Shown here in pieces: positions 12,641-24,444 of a stretch of DNA of 64,000 nucleotides (its first letter is position 1; each line of letters starts with the position of its first letter). The notes under the pieces were generated by a model that saw only the letters and a program-made list of their open reading frames with translations, was not told where the DNA came from and made no database searches. This DNA is from Paecilomyces variotii. Taxonomy: Eukaryota. Made by a program: the position numbers and the translations under genes. Location of the stretch: assembly GCA_004022145.1 (NCBI GenBank), contig RCNU01000003.1. One strand, given 5' to 3'.

Positions 12641-13118
12641 AGGTCACCTCACCTCGTCGGTCATGTGATTCTCACCTCGCACGGACCCTTTTAGAGCCCA
12701 CCTTACCTCGTTAAATTCTAATCCCACCTTATCCCCTAGTTATCCTCTCCGGGGGAGACTATAGTTAAAGGTCTTACCTAGGAGGGGGTTGCTCCGGGTC
12801 CCTAGTTTATATTAGTCGGCACGCTTGTATCTTATAATCCCAAATATCTTTCCCGGGTTTTAATACCCGCCCGGTGAGATCTTTACCAGGAATAAAACCC
12901 CTTTTAACTATTATATTTACCTAGAGTGAAGGGGGTTACTTTAAATAAGACCTTTAATTATATTTAACAGGAATGACCACCAAGAACAGCACAGTGGCTA
13001 GTTATATAACCTTACCTGGGAGGGATTATTATAACAAGATAAGGTGGGCTTACAAGGCTTGGCGCTTTTTTGGTCTGTGCGAGGTGAGGATCACATAACC
13101 GAAGAGGTGAGCTGACAT
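12641..13118. mobile_element. MITE-like non-autonomous TIR element relic with a RIP-like interior
   Basis: 12641-12687 matches the reverse complement of 13072-13118 at 41/47 nt. A second block, 12695-12713 vs 13032-13050, matches at 17/19. The interior has no long ORF and is rich in TpA and poor in CpA/TpG. No clean TSD seen. Confidence 0.75.
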
Positions 13119-14477
13119 ATAGTCACGTACGGTCCGTCATATTATCATCCTCAGAGGATCGCTTCGTCGGTGGATTATTTCGTCTTTTTGGCCTCCACTA
13201 TTAATCAGACCAGAATGGACTCGAGGCAGCATCTCGTTCGTTTGGAATTTCGAGGACCAGTAAAAGAAAGCGTCATGAGAAACACGGTTGACTTTTCAGT
13301 CCTCGTCGTGGCGTGGCGGCCACGCTCGTGTTCTGCATTCCATCGCTCGCTCTCCGCCATGCCATAGAAAAAAGCGCGTGCACGCCACCATATTTTCAGC
13401 TGAACCTCATCCATCCTTCTTGTAATCAATGACATCCACTCGGAGGCAAGGACGCGAAGATTCACCACGCAATTCCCACAGAACAGTTTATTCCACATGA
13501 AATCCAAAGACTCTTAAGTGACGTTTTCCCTGTTCTGGAATGTGCGTACTTGTCTCATGTCTATTTCCGGCCATTATTCACACGCAAGGCAGATGAGGAG
13601 TTTGTGGGGAGCCTATTTTCTTGATGCACATGATAGAGGTCTCTATCGATAAGAATGCTAAGTAATGGTTAAAAGGGCAATCGATAACTACACCACGAAG
13701 AGGCTGACTTTTTGCGATTTTATTGGAATCAGTCAATAACGGTGAAATCAAATTATCCATCTGATAATAACCCCTTTCTTCCCTTTGGTCGTTATAAGAC
13801 TCATCACTGTTCTTGATCTCGGTGCGCTCGCTCCATATATCATTGTTGACGCCTGAGACATCTAGATTACATAAGCAATACAGATGATCTGCAACCACCT
13901 CTGTTCGTTCCTGCATTCGCAATGATTATTTTGATCCCAATGATGATTTCTTTTCAAATCGAACATTTATAGTCTCATAGTAATTGTTACAGTTATCAGC
14001 AGAGACTAGAAAGGGTCGATGCTATTTCAGAAACTATGGGGGCTTTGTGTATGCTCCCGCCGAGCATGCATATGGAATGGAGCTGTATTCATACTGCATT
14101 TCTATCATTGAAAGCAATATTATATTCCTCTTGGAATAGCTGTTATCGTTCATCCCCTGGAGAAGAATATTCTACAGTTAGTGGCCTGAGGACTTGTCAG
14201 GGAGATCCGACAGCAAGCCAAGCCGCGAACTACTTAATTAGTTACGGATACTTACTTAGTGCCCCATCCCCAAAGGGTCAAATTAAAATAAATCACATCG
14301 GTGTCCCCGGACTCCGTCTTCCGCATGGGAGCATTTCCTCGTTGTTTGGTTCTTTCTTTTCTTTCGCAGGGAGTTGTTCCATCTTTTCTTTCGATCCCAT
14401 TGATTATTCCTGCAGGGCAGAGCTTCAATTGCTTTCTTTCCCTTTGGTCGGCCACCCCCTGAGATCTCCGCTCCACA

Positions 14478-15335
14478 ATGCCTTCCAAGAAATCTTCCAG
14501 CAGCGCACCAGCGCGCCAGAATAAGTGCGGATGCTTCTCGTTCCGCAAGCTGGGCTTCCTCGCTGTGATCCTGGCCCTGCTGTCCTCAGTCGTCGTTTAC
14601 CTCGAAGCGCGCCTGGAGTCGTTCTACATTTTCAGCCCGGACCATCTGCATGATCTGTCGCAGCGCGCGATTGCGGCGCATGGCAATGACACGCGTGCTG
14701 TGGCGCACTACATCGTGGCAGAGCTCAATGAGAAGGAGACCAGTGCTCATCTGAACTTGGATGAGGAATGGGTTTTCAACAATGCCGGTGGTGCTATGGG
14801 TGCCATGTGGATTATCCACGCGAGTAAGTGCCCCTTACAAAAGTCCTGGCTGGACTGGACGCAATTTTGGAAAGGAAACTGGTGCTAACAGCTTTGTTGT
14901 AACTAGGTATCACTGAGTACCTGATCATCTTTGGTACGTTGGCCTCTTTAGCTCCCAACAATGACTTTCAACAATAGCTAATGCAAAGACACAACAGGCA
15001 CTGCTATCGGTACCGAAGGCCACACCGGTCGCCATACCGCCGACGACTACTTCCACATCCTCCAGGGCACACAGCTCGCCTACGTCCCTGGCGAATACGA
15101 GCCCGAGGTCTACCCGCAGGGCAGCGTTCACCACCTGCCCCGTGGCCAGGTCAAGCAATATAAGATGGACGGATCGTGCTTCGCTCTCGAGTACGCTCGT
15201 GGCTGGATCCCACCCATGCTGTTCTTCGGCTACGCCGACACTTTCTCCAGCACCCTGGACTTCCCGACTCTGTGGGCGACGACCCGCATCACCGGTCGCG
15301 AGATGATCGGAAACCTGCTGAAGGGAAAGCTCTAA
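14478..15335 (+). CDS. erg2: C-8 sterol isomerase; 3 exons
   Basis: Exons 14478-14823, 14907-14933 and 14998-15335. Spliced motif [48 protein letters not shown]...[15 protein letters not shown] (ERG2/sigma-1 family). N-terminal TM helix; ends GKL*. Confidence 0.95.
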
Positions 15336-15760
15336 ATAAGCGATATGGTGTGATGACGAGCTGGTAGTCTGATACGACTACTGCTAAGATCATGTAATTG
15401 TACTGTACATGTGCTGTATTATCTCGTTGCATATAGAAAGATTTGTGTGTGTGTTGCCTATATGACGATTACGCGCTGTTCATGGTCTAGACAGCCCGAA
15501 AAAATAATCTAATCCGTTTTCATGAAGAAAAGAAGTCTTATTTCATTGCCAAAATTCATCTCATGTACACCTTTCTTTTTCGAAATCAGATCGTCCGCTG
15601 AGATAATCAAGCACGGACCACATAACTACTAACTATCCGGAGAACGAAAAGATCCCCGCGGCGGGACGTCTGTAGACCCCTCTATGACTCCATAGCCTTT
15701 TCAAAGTGAGCGACGGCTCTGGAACGAAAAAAGAGAGAGAAAAACACTGGAAAGACAAAA

Positions 15761-17050
15761 ATGCCTCCCAGTCTGTGCTTCCGCTGCAAGGAAGCCAGAG
15801 CAGTTATTATCAGACCGAAGAACCGCCACAAGCTTTGCAGATCCTGCTTTTTGCACGTCTTCGAGACCGAGATCCACGAAACGATCAGTTCGACTTCCCT
15901 ATTCCAGCGTGGTGAGCGCATCGCTATCGGCGCTAGTGGTGGGAAAGACAGTACTGTGCTTGCGTCGGTCCTGAAGACACTGAATGAACGCTACGACTAT
16001 GGCCTCGACTTAGTTCTGCTGTCTATCGACGAGGGCATCAAAGGCTATCGCGATGACAGTCTGGAGACGGTGAAGCGGAACGCACAGCAATACGATATGC
16101 CTCTTGAAATCGTTGGATATGACGAATTATATGGCTGGACGATGGACCAGGTCGTCGCGCAGGTCGGGAAGAAGGGAAACTGCACCTATTGCGGAGTCTT
16201 TCGCCGTCAGGCTCTTGATCGCGGGGCCGCGAGACTGGGCATCAAGCATGTGGTCACCGGACATAATGCAGACGATGTGGCGGAGACGGTGATGATGAAT
16301 CTTCTCCGAGGAGACCTGCCTCGTCTGTCGAGAGGGACGAGCATCGTTACGGATTCAGATGCCTCCGAGATCAAACGGAGCAAGCCACTTAAGTACGCTT
16401 ACGAGAAGGAGATCGTCCTCTACGCGCATCACAAGAAGCTAGACTATTTTAGCACCGAGTGCATCTATTCACCGGAGGCTTTCAGAGGTAGTGCTCGGAC
16501 CCTGATCAAGGATTTGGAGAAGATCCGCCCTAGTTCCATTCTCGACATCGTTCGGAGTGGCGAGGATATGGCTCTACTTGTTCCGCCGGAGGTAGCTGGG
16601 ACGCGGAAGTGCATGTCTGGTTCTGCTGCATCTGCGGAAGCAGATGATTACTCTACTGGTGGCTGTGGAAGTCAGAATGGACGATCCAGCGGTGGCGAGA
16701 TGGCAGAGATGGAGAAGCAGCTGGCTGCAGATGAGGCGGCGCGTGAGAACGAGACTGAAATCACATTACCGCCAGTGAATCGGCCGTCTACTGCCGCTGT
16801 TCCGCTGAAGAAGAGGGCTACTGGGACAAAGGCCAAGGGTGTAAAGCCTTTGAAGTTGCAGAAAATGGGCAAATGTGAGCGATGTGGGTATCTTTCGAGT
16901 CAGAAGATTTGCAAGGCTTGTGCGCTCCTGGAAGGTCTCAACAAGAATCGGCCCAAGACCTCGATCGAATTGACCGTTGGGGTTGAGGACGAGGAGAGCA
17001 GCACGACTCTCATGAGACAAATGGAAAGCATCGAGCTTACTAGTGGATGA
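15761..17050 (+). CDS. ncs6: Cytoplasmic tRNA 2-thiolation protein 1 (PP-loop ATPase, Ncs6/Ctu1)
   Basis: Intronless 429 aa. N-terminal CxxC...CxxC, PP-loop [37 protein letters not shown]-terminal [16 protein letters not shown]. Confidence 0.95.
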   Translation: MPPSLCFRCKEARAVIIRPKNRHKLCRSCFLHVFETEIHETISSTSLFQRGERIAIGASGGKDSTVLASVLKTLNERYDYGLDLVLLSIDEGIKGYRDDSLETVKRNAQQYDMPLEIVGYDELYGWTMDQVVAQVGKKGNCTYCGVFRRQALDRGAARLGIKHVVTGHNADDVAETVMMNLLRGDLPRLSRGTSIVTDSDASEIKRSKPLKYAYEKEIVLYAHHKKLDYFSTECIYSPEAFRGSARTLIKDLEKIRPSSILDIVRSGEDMALLVPPEVAGTRKCMSGSAASAEADDYSTGGCGSQNGRSSGGEMAEMEKQLAADEAARENETEITLPPVNRPSTAAVPLKKRATGTKAKGVKPLKLQKMGKCERCGYLSSQKICKACALLEGLNKNRPKTSIELTVGVEDEESSTTLMRQMESIELTSG

Positions 17051-17848
17051 TTCCTGCCTGCAAGATGACGGGCTATATTTGGAAAGAATTATTCACATTT
17101 ATAAAAGGGCTGCGGGAGACAAGGGAACGTCTAGGACAGCAGGAGTTCATACAACCCATGCAAAGAATTCTCCTTGCAGTACCTAAAGGCAAGGTGCTCG
17201 CAGTCCCTCCAGGGTACATCTAGCAGGTCGAGTTGGGCCCCGACTGGAGTATGAGTACAGCTCAGTTTCTCCTGGAAACGGATCCAAGATTGTGCCTATA
17301 TCGCTTTAGAGCAGTGCAATATCTGAGATCAAGGCCTCGAGCTGTCCGGTCTCTATATTCTCAGATGCCATCCCGACAGCAAATGTGGTGGACAGCTTCA
17401 ATACAGAGCCCGCATCATGATTGAATATGGGTTATACTCCACAAATCATGAAGATGAGATGTACAGGGAAGCTGTCGGAGGGTATAGATATTCACATACC
17501 ACCCACCATCAAAGATGGAAACATGTTGATAAGACAGATAGATTATCAGAACAACATGCTTCACTTCCGAAACTTCAAATTCAATTTCTTATCGAGTTCG
17601 AACTACCTGTCCTAAGAGCGGAACTATACCTCTGGCACAGCAGTTATCACTCCATGACGCCATCTCCGGTAACCATCCAAACAATAAACTCCTCAAACCA
17701 CAACAATAGACCCAAAACGTCTGAATCTCGAAGAATATTGTAACAATATCCCACAAAGAGCAATGGATCTCTAACCGCCTCATACGCCTCTTTCCTAGGT
17801 CATACATACACTACCAAGTACCAACTCACAAACACAAACCCATCAACC

Positions 17849-18742
17849 ATGTCCGTCTTCAGCCTCCACGAATACCTACCCACGCACACCCCCGAAGAAA
17901 CATACACCACCCTCCCAGCCCTCCAAGCCAGCATCGCCTCACACTACGAACGCATCTCCAAAACCACCACCAACCTCCAAGATGAATTCATCATCGTCTC
18001 CTCCGTCCCAGATTCCATCATCGACACTATCTCAACCAGTCCTCACGTCCTCCAGAACGCCGTCCTCTGGGCTTCGAACACCTCCTCGTCTGAAATCATC
18101 CTTAAACTCCAGTCTCCGCTCTTAGCAGTCGCCAGGGCGGCTTTTATTGCGAGTTTCAAAGCGAAGCTCGATAAGATGGGTGTGTTGAATGATCTCGTCT
18201 CGTTGGGCGCGAAGTCCATCAGGACAGGTGCTTCTGGGAAAGCGCCCGATGCGGCGTTTAAGCCGCGATCGCGAGGTGGTTCTGGTACAGAGGAGTCGGA
18301 TGCGAATGCGCATGCGAATTGGCCTAGCATGATAGTCGAGGTGGGATTTCGAGAGACAGGTCCGCCGGCGCTCCGCGCCAGCGCGACATGGTGGATTCAG
18401 AACTCAGCTGGGCGAGTTGGCGTTGTGGTTTTGATCTTCGTGCATGCTGCGGAGCCGCGCGTGTCTGTTGAGATGTGGGAGTTCAGGACGCCGGGTCCGT
18501 TGGCTTCTAAGACGCAAGAAGTGATTGTGGAGAAGAGGGAGAATAGGAGACCGGGAGAGGATAGGGAGAGAGGGGTGGCGGTGTTAGGGGCGCCGATGAA
18601 GGTTCCGCTGCAGAAAGTTTTTTCGAAGGAGGGCGTGAAGGGAGATGGTGAGATTGTATTTGATGAGGAGGATATGAGGAGTCTGGCGAGAGATGTTTGG
18701 ATACAGCAGGGGTTTTGGGAAGTAGAGGCTACGGAGACGTAG
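17849..18742 (+). CDS. PD-(D/E)xK-superfamily (Uma2/restriction endonuclease-like) fungal protein
   Basis: Intronless 297 aa with KAPDAAFKP...WPSMIVEVGFRE...LRASATWW...GRVGVVVLI. This is the K.PD / WP.lvvEVG..E / WW signature of fungal Uma2-like REase proteins. Confidence 0.7.
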   Translation: MSVFSLHEYLPTHTPEETYTTLPALQASIASHYERISKTTTNLQDEFIIVSSVPDSIIDTISTSPHVLQNAVLWASNTSSSEIILKLQSPLLAVARAAFIASFKAKLDKMGVLNDLVSLGAKSIRTGASGKAPDAAFKPRSRGGSGTEESDANAHANWPSMIVEVGFRETGPPALRASATWWIQNSAGRVGVVVLIFVHAAEPRVSVEMWEFRTPGPLASKTQEVIVEKRENRRPGEDRERGVAVLGAPMKVPLQKVFSKEGVKGDGEIVFDEEDMRSLARDVWIQQGFWEVEATET

Positions 18743-18770
18743 ATGGATGGATGGATAGATAGATAGATGG
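18742..18770. repeat. Compound microsatellite (GATG)n(GATA)n directly after the nuclease-like stop codon
   Basis: gatggatggatggatagatagatagatgg. Confidence 0.85.
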
Positions 18771-19600
18771 ATCTTTGGCTTCTGTTGAGCTTCTTTTATT
18801 ATTGGGCGTCTGATTATTTTCAGGAAGGTCTATTGGAGTTTTATATAATGATTTTTCTATCTCTTTTTATCGTACATTCAAACTCTGGTATTCGGTTTGC
18901 GTTGGAGAGAAGTAATTGGTATCCTTGTCTCGGTCACTTTCAACTGTCCAGATCTGTTCGCTTTCTGCCTTTCAACCAGACAAGCACAGAGCATCATATG
19001 TCTTCCGTAAGGTACATATCCGCTCCACTGGCCCATCTGGATGGTATTGGCATCGAATCCCGTAAAGTCAGTGTTACAATGTGCCGCTCAAGAAAATCCG
19101 ACTGCACCGTACTTCCAGATAAGTCATCGGGCCCCAGGAACTCCAGTCAAGCCTTGCAACGCGCCCCATTGACTAGAAGCGCATGTAACAACAACTCGCG
19201 GAATGTCAGAAGTAGCGAGTCTCTCCGTACTTGCATCATATACAGAAATGGAGGCGATAGAAGCTCGAGACTTCCCACTCAGATCACGCACAGCTGATCA
19301 TTCATCTCCATGAACAGCGTGGCGAGACCCAAATAGAAATATCCGCACACGTCCGCAACAAAGGTAAGACCAACCAACGCTCTGCCCGATTATCGAACAG
19401 GTTAAATCCGAAATAGAGTATATAGCAAAATCGCATATGCATATCGACAAAGAAGAAGCATGGGTATAGCGCATAATCATCGATCGAATCGATCCCTAAA
19501 CCCAGAAAGAGCGCAAGGACACCCAGTACCCTCCACAATTCCATTCCTTCACAATGCACCAAAGATCGAAAAAGAAGATAATAAAAACTTCTCCTTTTTT

Positions 19601-19933
19601 TTATTTCTTATTCTCCTCATTTTCGACAGGCAAATCCAACCCAACCCTCCGCGCCGTCAAGCGTACCCTCTCTTCCTGGTCCATGTTCATACCCGGATTA
19701 TACCGATCGAGGAGCGTAGCATATGTCCTCTGCGCGCGAGCATACTGGATGAATTGGTCTGCTTCTTCGAGCTGCTGGAGCGCCGCGTCGCTTTCTTGCG
19801 GAGCAGCCGATGGGTGAAATAGTGCTCGAAGACGGCTCTGGAGAGGCGAGGGCTTTGACAGTGGACGCGGCGGGAGTTCGCGGAGAAGAGCCCTGTAGAG
19901 GGAGCGAGCTTGAAATGCGTGGTTCGAAGACAT
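19601..19933 (-). CDS. fmc1: Mitochondrial ATP synthase assembly factor Fmc1 (LYR-like)
   Basis: 110 aa. SLYRALLREL, and a C-terminal YARAQRTYATLLDRYNPG...ERVRLTARRVGLDLP typical of Fmc1. Confidence 0.88.
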   Translation of the reverse strand: MSSNHAFQARSLYRALLRELPPRPLSKPSPLQSRLRALFHPSAAPQESDAALQQLEEADQFIQYARAQRTYATLLDRYNPGMNMDQEERVRLTARRVGLDLPVENEENKK

Positions 19934-20840
19934 GGTTTTGGAAAGCTGTTTCGAGCTGGGATGAGGTGTTGGTATGTTTTATGCAGTGAGTAAGTAGTCC
20001 ATAGAGTTTGAAGGAAACGCTAAGTACTTACGAGTAAATCGGGGAACTTTCGCCTCAGGCCCGCAGGAGCTTGATATCACGTGACATTTGGCTGACCAGA
20101 GTATTCCGTTGGTGGATATCATTTGTAAGTAGCACTTGGTCTGACTAGTAGGATATATATTATATATGGACTTGATGATAAGAGCTTGACGGCTATGTCA
20201 GAAGCGAACTGATTCTGCGTTTGATAGAAGTCTGGGTTGAGCACTGCACGCCCCTGATATGCTGAAAGAACACGACACTAGTGGTAAAGAAACACAAGCA
20301 TATGCACATCAAAGAATAAAGATAGCCTCCCGTAACAAGTGAGCTAAACTCAAGGCATAGTCTATCCTGTAGTACACCAAAGTCAAAATATCAAAAATGA
20401 TGTACAGCATCAGACGACAATCCCTTCCAACGCCTTCGCTTGACCTCATGCTCACAAAACCATTTAACAATGTCTTGCTTTTATGTCAAAATAACAGGAT
20501 CGATAAGCAAGGTTATCCTTGAAAAGCTTGCAGGCAATATGTAGGTCAAGTTCGCGGCAAGTACAATACAGCGAAGACTCCCTTATGTACAAGACGTGCT
20601 TCAGAAAAATAACACGAGTAAAGTACCCTCCGTCACCGTGGTATCAAGTCCACGATAATTCAAAACAATCATCAATATATCAGTCATAGAAGGCATATCA
20701 GCGTAAAAGGGGTATGAGTACATATTTTGGCAAAAGAGAATGAGCGACTTTTAGTTTGCAATGGTAATCGTCCAGAAGGATATGAGAACAAGGAGATAAT
20801 CCGATCCATGGGAAAAGAATTGAGCGGCGAGGCTTCAAGA

Positions 20841-23800
20841 TTAGGAACGCAGCCAAGCAAACTTCTTGCGATCTCCCGTAGCGGACGGTTCAACTTGCAT
20901 ACTCCGCGAGTAGAGATCCTGAAAGATGTCGTCAGCGGACTGAATCAATTATATAGCAACGTATACGAAAAGTCTCACCTCCTCGTCATTTGAGAGCTTG
21001 GTTTCCAGCAGCAGCCGCATTACTTCCTCGTGCTTCGGTATGTAGGGGTAAGGTGTCTTCTGACTTCGTTGAATTCCTAAGACAACCTCTCCCATGATCT
21101 CAAATTTCTTCCAGTTGACACGGGACTTATCCTCGCCGACGAAAGTCTTGTTTCCTTCTTCCGCGGACACCAGATCGCGACGATGGAGGGGAAGGAATGG
21201 GATCCGTTCCGCAAAGGAATTTTCCCACGCCAACCGGTAGGCAAAATGGCTCTTCTGAGTGCCCATGAGAATGACTAGCCTCATGAATTCCTTCTGCACA
21301 TGAAGAGGGACAAGCTCCCTGGTCTGGGTTAACCGATGTACAGGTGTACCATTAATGCCAGCGATAACCGCGCCGAGGGAGTTGTAGTTGTTTTGTCGTC
21401 GTAGCCTCTGAAATATTGATTGTAAAGTTAGCTGCGCAATGCCGGGAACCAAGTGAAATATATGGCGATACTAACCTGAGCTATGTTCATAAATTTTTCC
21501 AGGGCCTTGGCTCTGTGTTTGGGCTTGTCTCGGAACAAGATCATACTGGCAACAAAGAATGCGACGTGATTGAACTCTTTGATCATCCGATTGACGTTCG
21601 CCAGGCTCTTGATCTTATCCTTGTCCTGGCTCGAGATACTCACGTGGCGGACTAGGTCTCGAGGCCGGAACGAGTTATACATTATCCAGTCGATTCGTGT
21701 AAGCTCTTTTGCGAAGTCGTCGTCCGGAATTTCCATGAACTGTCTCCATTGGATTTTCGTCAAGGAGATCTTGGGGGTAAGCTCGAGCGTTTGTGCTTCT
21801 CTTTGTGCATTCTCGACGGAGATGAGCGTAGAAAATGACTGATTTGAAGTGCTTGCCGATTTTCCATGGCTCGAAGCGTTTGACAGACTCATAGAGTGAC
21901 CAGAATGGGCGGACGATGCATCGGGTATGTCGTCATTGAGGTCCAAAGAGCTTGTATTGTATATCGAATAATCCAGGAGTGACGACCCGGAAAGGAAGGC
22001 CATTGGAGAACTTCGAGCGGAAGTGTTGAGGAAAGTCTCGAGTCTGTCTGACTTCTCTGACGCATCAGAATCGCTGTCGCGAAACGGCCACCCAGTCTCG
22101 TCCTCCTCCACAATTAGATCCAAGTAAGAAGCAATCTCTTTGGCAGCGAACATGTAGACATGGTTCTTCTCCAAGGCAGCCACGAAGTCCGTCAAGCGTC
22201 TCCGGGTCTTTGGGTAAGCGAAGTCTCCAGGATATTCAGAGACCCATTGTCCGACAACGTTGAGTAACCTAAGCTGGTCTGCAGATTTGCTTAATTGAGC
22301 TGCCGGGCTTCTCTCGGTTTTCTCGAAGCGATTGATCAAGGCGTTCAGAAGTGTACCAGGCGCAGCGAATTTGCGATAGAGACACAGAAAGATAGCTGAA
22401 AACTTCGAGTCTTGCTTTGACATCGGTACCGAGACAAGACGGTCGACAAGATCCTCAAAAGTCACTCCGGTGTCCGCTGCTACATATTCTCCGGGCCTTT
22501 CTTTGTTTCGATCCGGGCTGTTCTTATGTTCTCCATTTTCGTCATCTTCCATGTCCAGAAAACTGCTGAAGGCATCGGAACCTGCGCTATGGCGCCAGGT
22601 GGGCTGGAGCCGACGCTGTCGACTGTTATCTCGATTCGGCGGGCTCTCCGCGGCGTTACTGGAGACAGATGGCCTGCGGGGATCTAACCGTCCCGCAGAG
22701 GGAGGCGTTTGAGGTCGTACAGGGTGTGAATTGCTCCGGACATACCTAGAGCCCGCGGCATTGAGAGCCAGACTGGCGCCGTTTGCCTTGTCGGTGGGAC
22801 GGTTTTCGCCGTTCCCATCGACTCTCTCATTAGACGCAATGGTTTCGCTGCCAGAGGCCTCTTCCCGTGCGGTCTCTTTGGCTTCCGCGGCAGTGTAGTT
22901 TTGCCAATCCTGTGTTGGAGAAAGTGGCTGCCGCACCTGCGTCTGTCGTAACGTTGATGATGAATTGGAATTGGAACTGGAATTGTTTCCGTACAGGTGA
23001 TTGCGAACAATATCTAGCGTCGAGTTAGCCCGCAGAAATTTCTATCTCCGCGATCAATGGCAGCAATCGCGCATTTATCCTCTCCAACTTTAGCCAAACA
23101 CGAGCTACGATCGGCGGTATTAACAGACAGGGGTTCGCGTGCGTTAGTTCAACCGGGGAACGACCCGGAGAAAAATAGCGCGACTCGGTGGACCATGAAA
23201 GGGGCTGGACGTCTCAAGACCCGATGCTGATGCAGCCCGACAGCGCCAGTGTACCAGATCAGGAAAGATAAGTGGCTCCAAAGGGGACAGATAAATGGTG
23301 GACTTGATGAGGGTTGGTGCGACGTGCGGAGGATATTCGGAGACGGGGAAATCGGGACGGGATCTTGCTTACCAGGTGTTTTCAAGACGATGGATCGCAA
23401 AAGTATGGAAATGCATCGCTTCTGTGTTCGCGGCGAGTCCGCTGCTGTCCGATGCAGCTCCTTTCCACTGATAATCCTGCTCATCTTTTCAAATGTCACG
23501 GCATCCATCTTTTGCGGACGGTCCTGGAGGTCGCATTTACATTGTACTAGCACATATGGTATTGACGACTTAGTTAAAGCACCTGTCAACACAAGATCCG
23601 TTAGCATCGAACAACGGAATTGTGTCCTACGGAATGGATGATAACCGCTTCCCTCTCCAATGGCACGTAGGGACAGAAACCTTGCGGATCTGGAGCATGG
23701 ATCACGGATTCGATATAGAGAACAGGCAAGATGCCTTGCAAAGGGGCTAATACTTACTCAATAATCGTGAGGCCTCGATGATGCCGCCAGGGCTAGTCAC

Positions 23801-24444
23801 ATCGTGAAGAATGAGAGCTCCGTCCACCGGGGGGAGATTGTTATCGTCGGAAGTTCGAGGCCAAACAACGCTCCCGTTTGTGTCAAAGCTGATGTCATCT
23901 AAAGATATCTCCAGCAAGCGGACCATATAGACCGTGCCGTCCAGTGACATCTTCTTTGAATTGGAATGGGAGGTCGGAAGATGCTTCATATCCAGCGCAC
24001 ATTGCACGAACGTCGATTTACCTACTGCCTTTGAGCCAATGACAGCCAGACGAACATGGGGAAGATTGGCCCTCGAATTCGAAGTCTGTAGGGAAGTTAC
24101 TCGTTAGCGTTTCTTGACCCTTCAAAAAGTGATGCTCGACCGGTGGATCAATTTTCTTGGAAGCCTACCTGATTGTTTCCTTTTATAGTAGAGACATCGT
24201 CGTCGTCGATGGGACGGTCATCGACAGGAGAAGTAATAGGACTCTCAGATTCCTCAATAACTGTCGTCTGGAATGTCTTTCCTTCCTCTGCTGGCCCCTT
24301 GGAGCGATCTAGCTTCTGAATATCACCGGCTGGGGCTGAAATTGTCCGGACTCCCAGTCGAGGTCTCTGCGGAGGCGTAACGGGCGAACCCTGGGCCCTG
24401 TCACTGGACGACCTGGCCCGTCGGGACTGCTGCTGGGCATCCAT
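20841..24444 (-). CDS. Ras guanine-nucleotide exchange factor (REM + CDC25 domains) with an N-terminal Ras-like P-loop domain; 6 exons
   Basis: Exons 24444-24169, 24085-23758, 23582-23373, 23013-21476, 21407-20979 and 20918-20841 are all GT-AG and phase-consistent. REM motifs TFEDLVDRL..FLCLYRKFA..WVSEYPGDF. CDC25 motifs FAKELTRID, NNYNSLGAVIAGI, IPFLPLHRRDLVSAEEGN, VNWKKF. Confidence 0.85.

Noticed and set aside
13010..13030. CTTACCTGG resembling the U1 snRNA 5' end
   Set aside because: The downstream sequence does not match the U1 stem-loops or Sm site, and it lies inside the MITE.
13170..14524. ORFs of 65-162 aa between the MITE and erg2, as a possible transposase remnant
   Set aside because: No DDE, HTH or zinc-finger motif recognisable by eye. 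A TBLASTX search would be needed to exclude a decayed relic.
18767..19297. 176-aa ORF right after the nuclease-like gene, as a possible antitoxin partner
   Set aside because: It begins in the microsatellite and T-rich 3'UTR sequence, and its composition is not protein-like.
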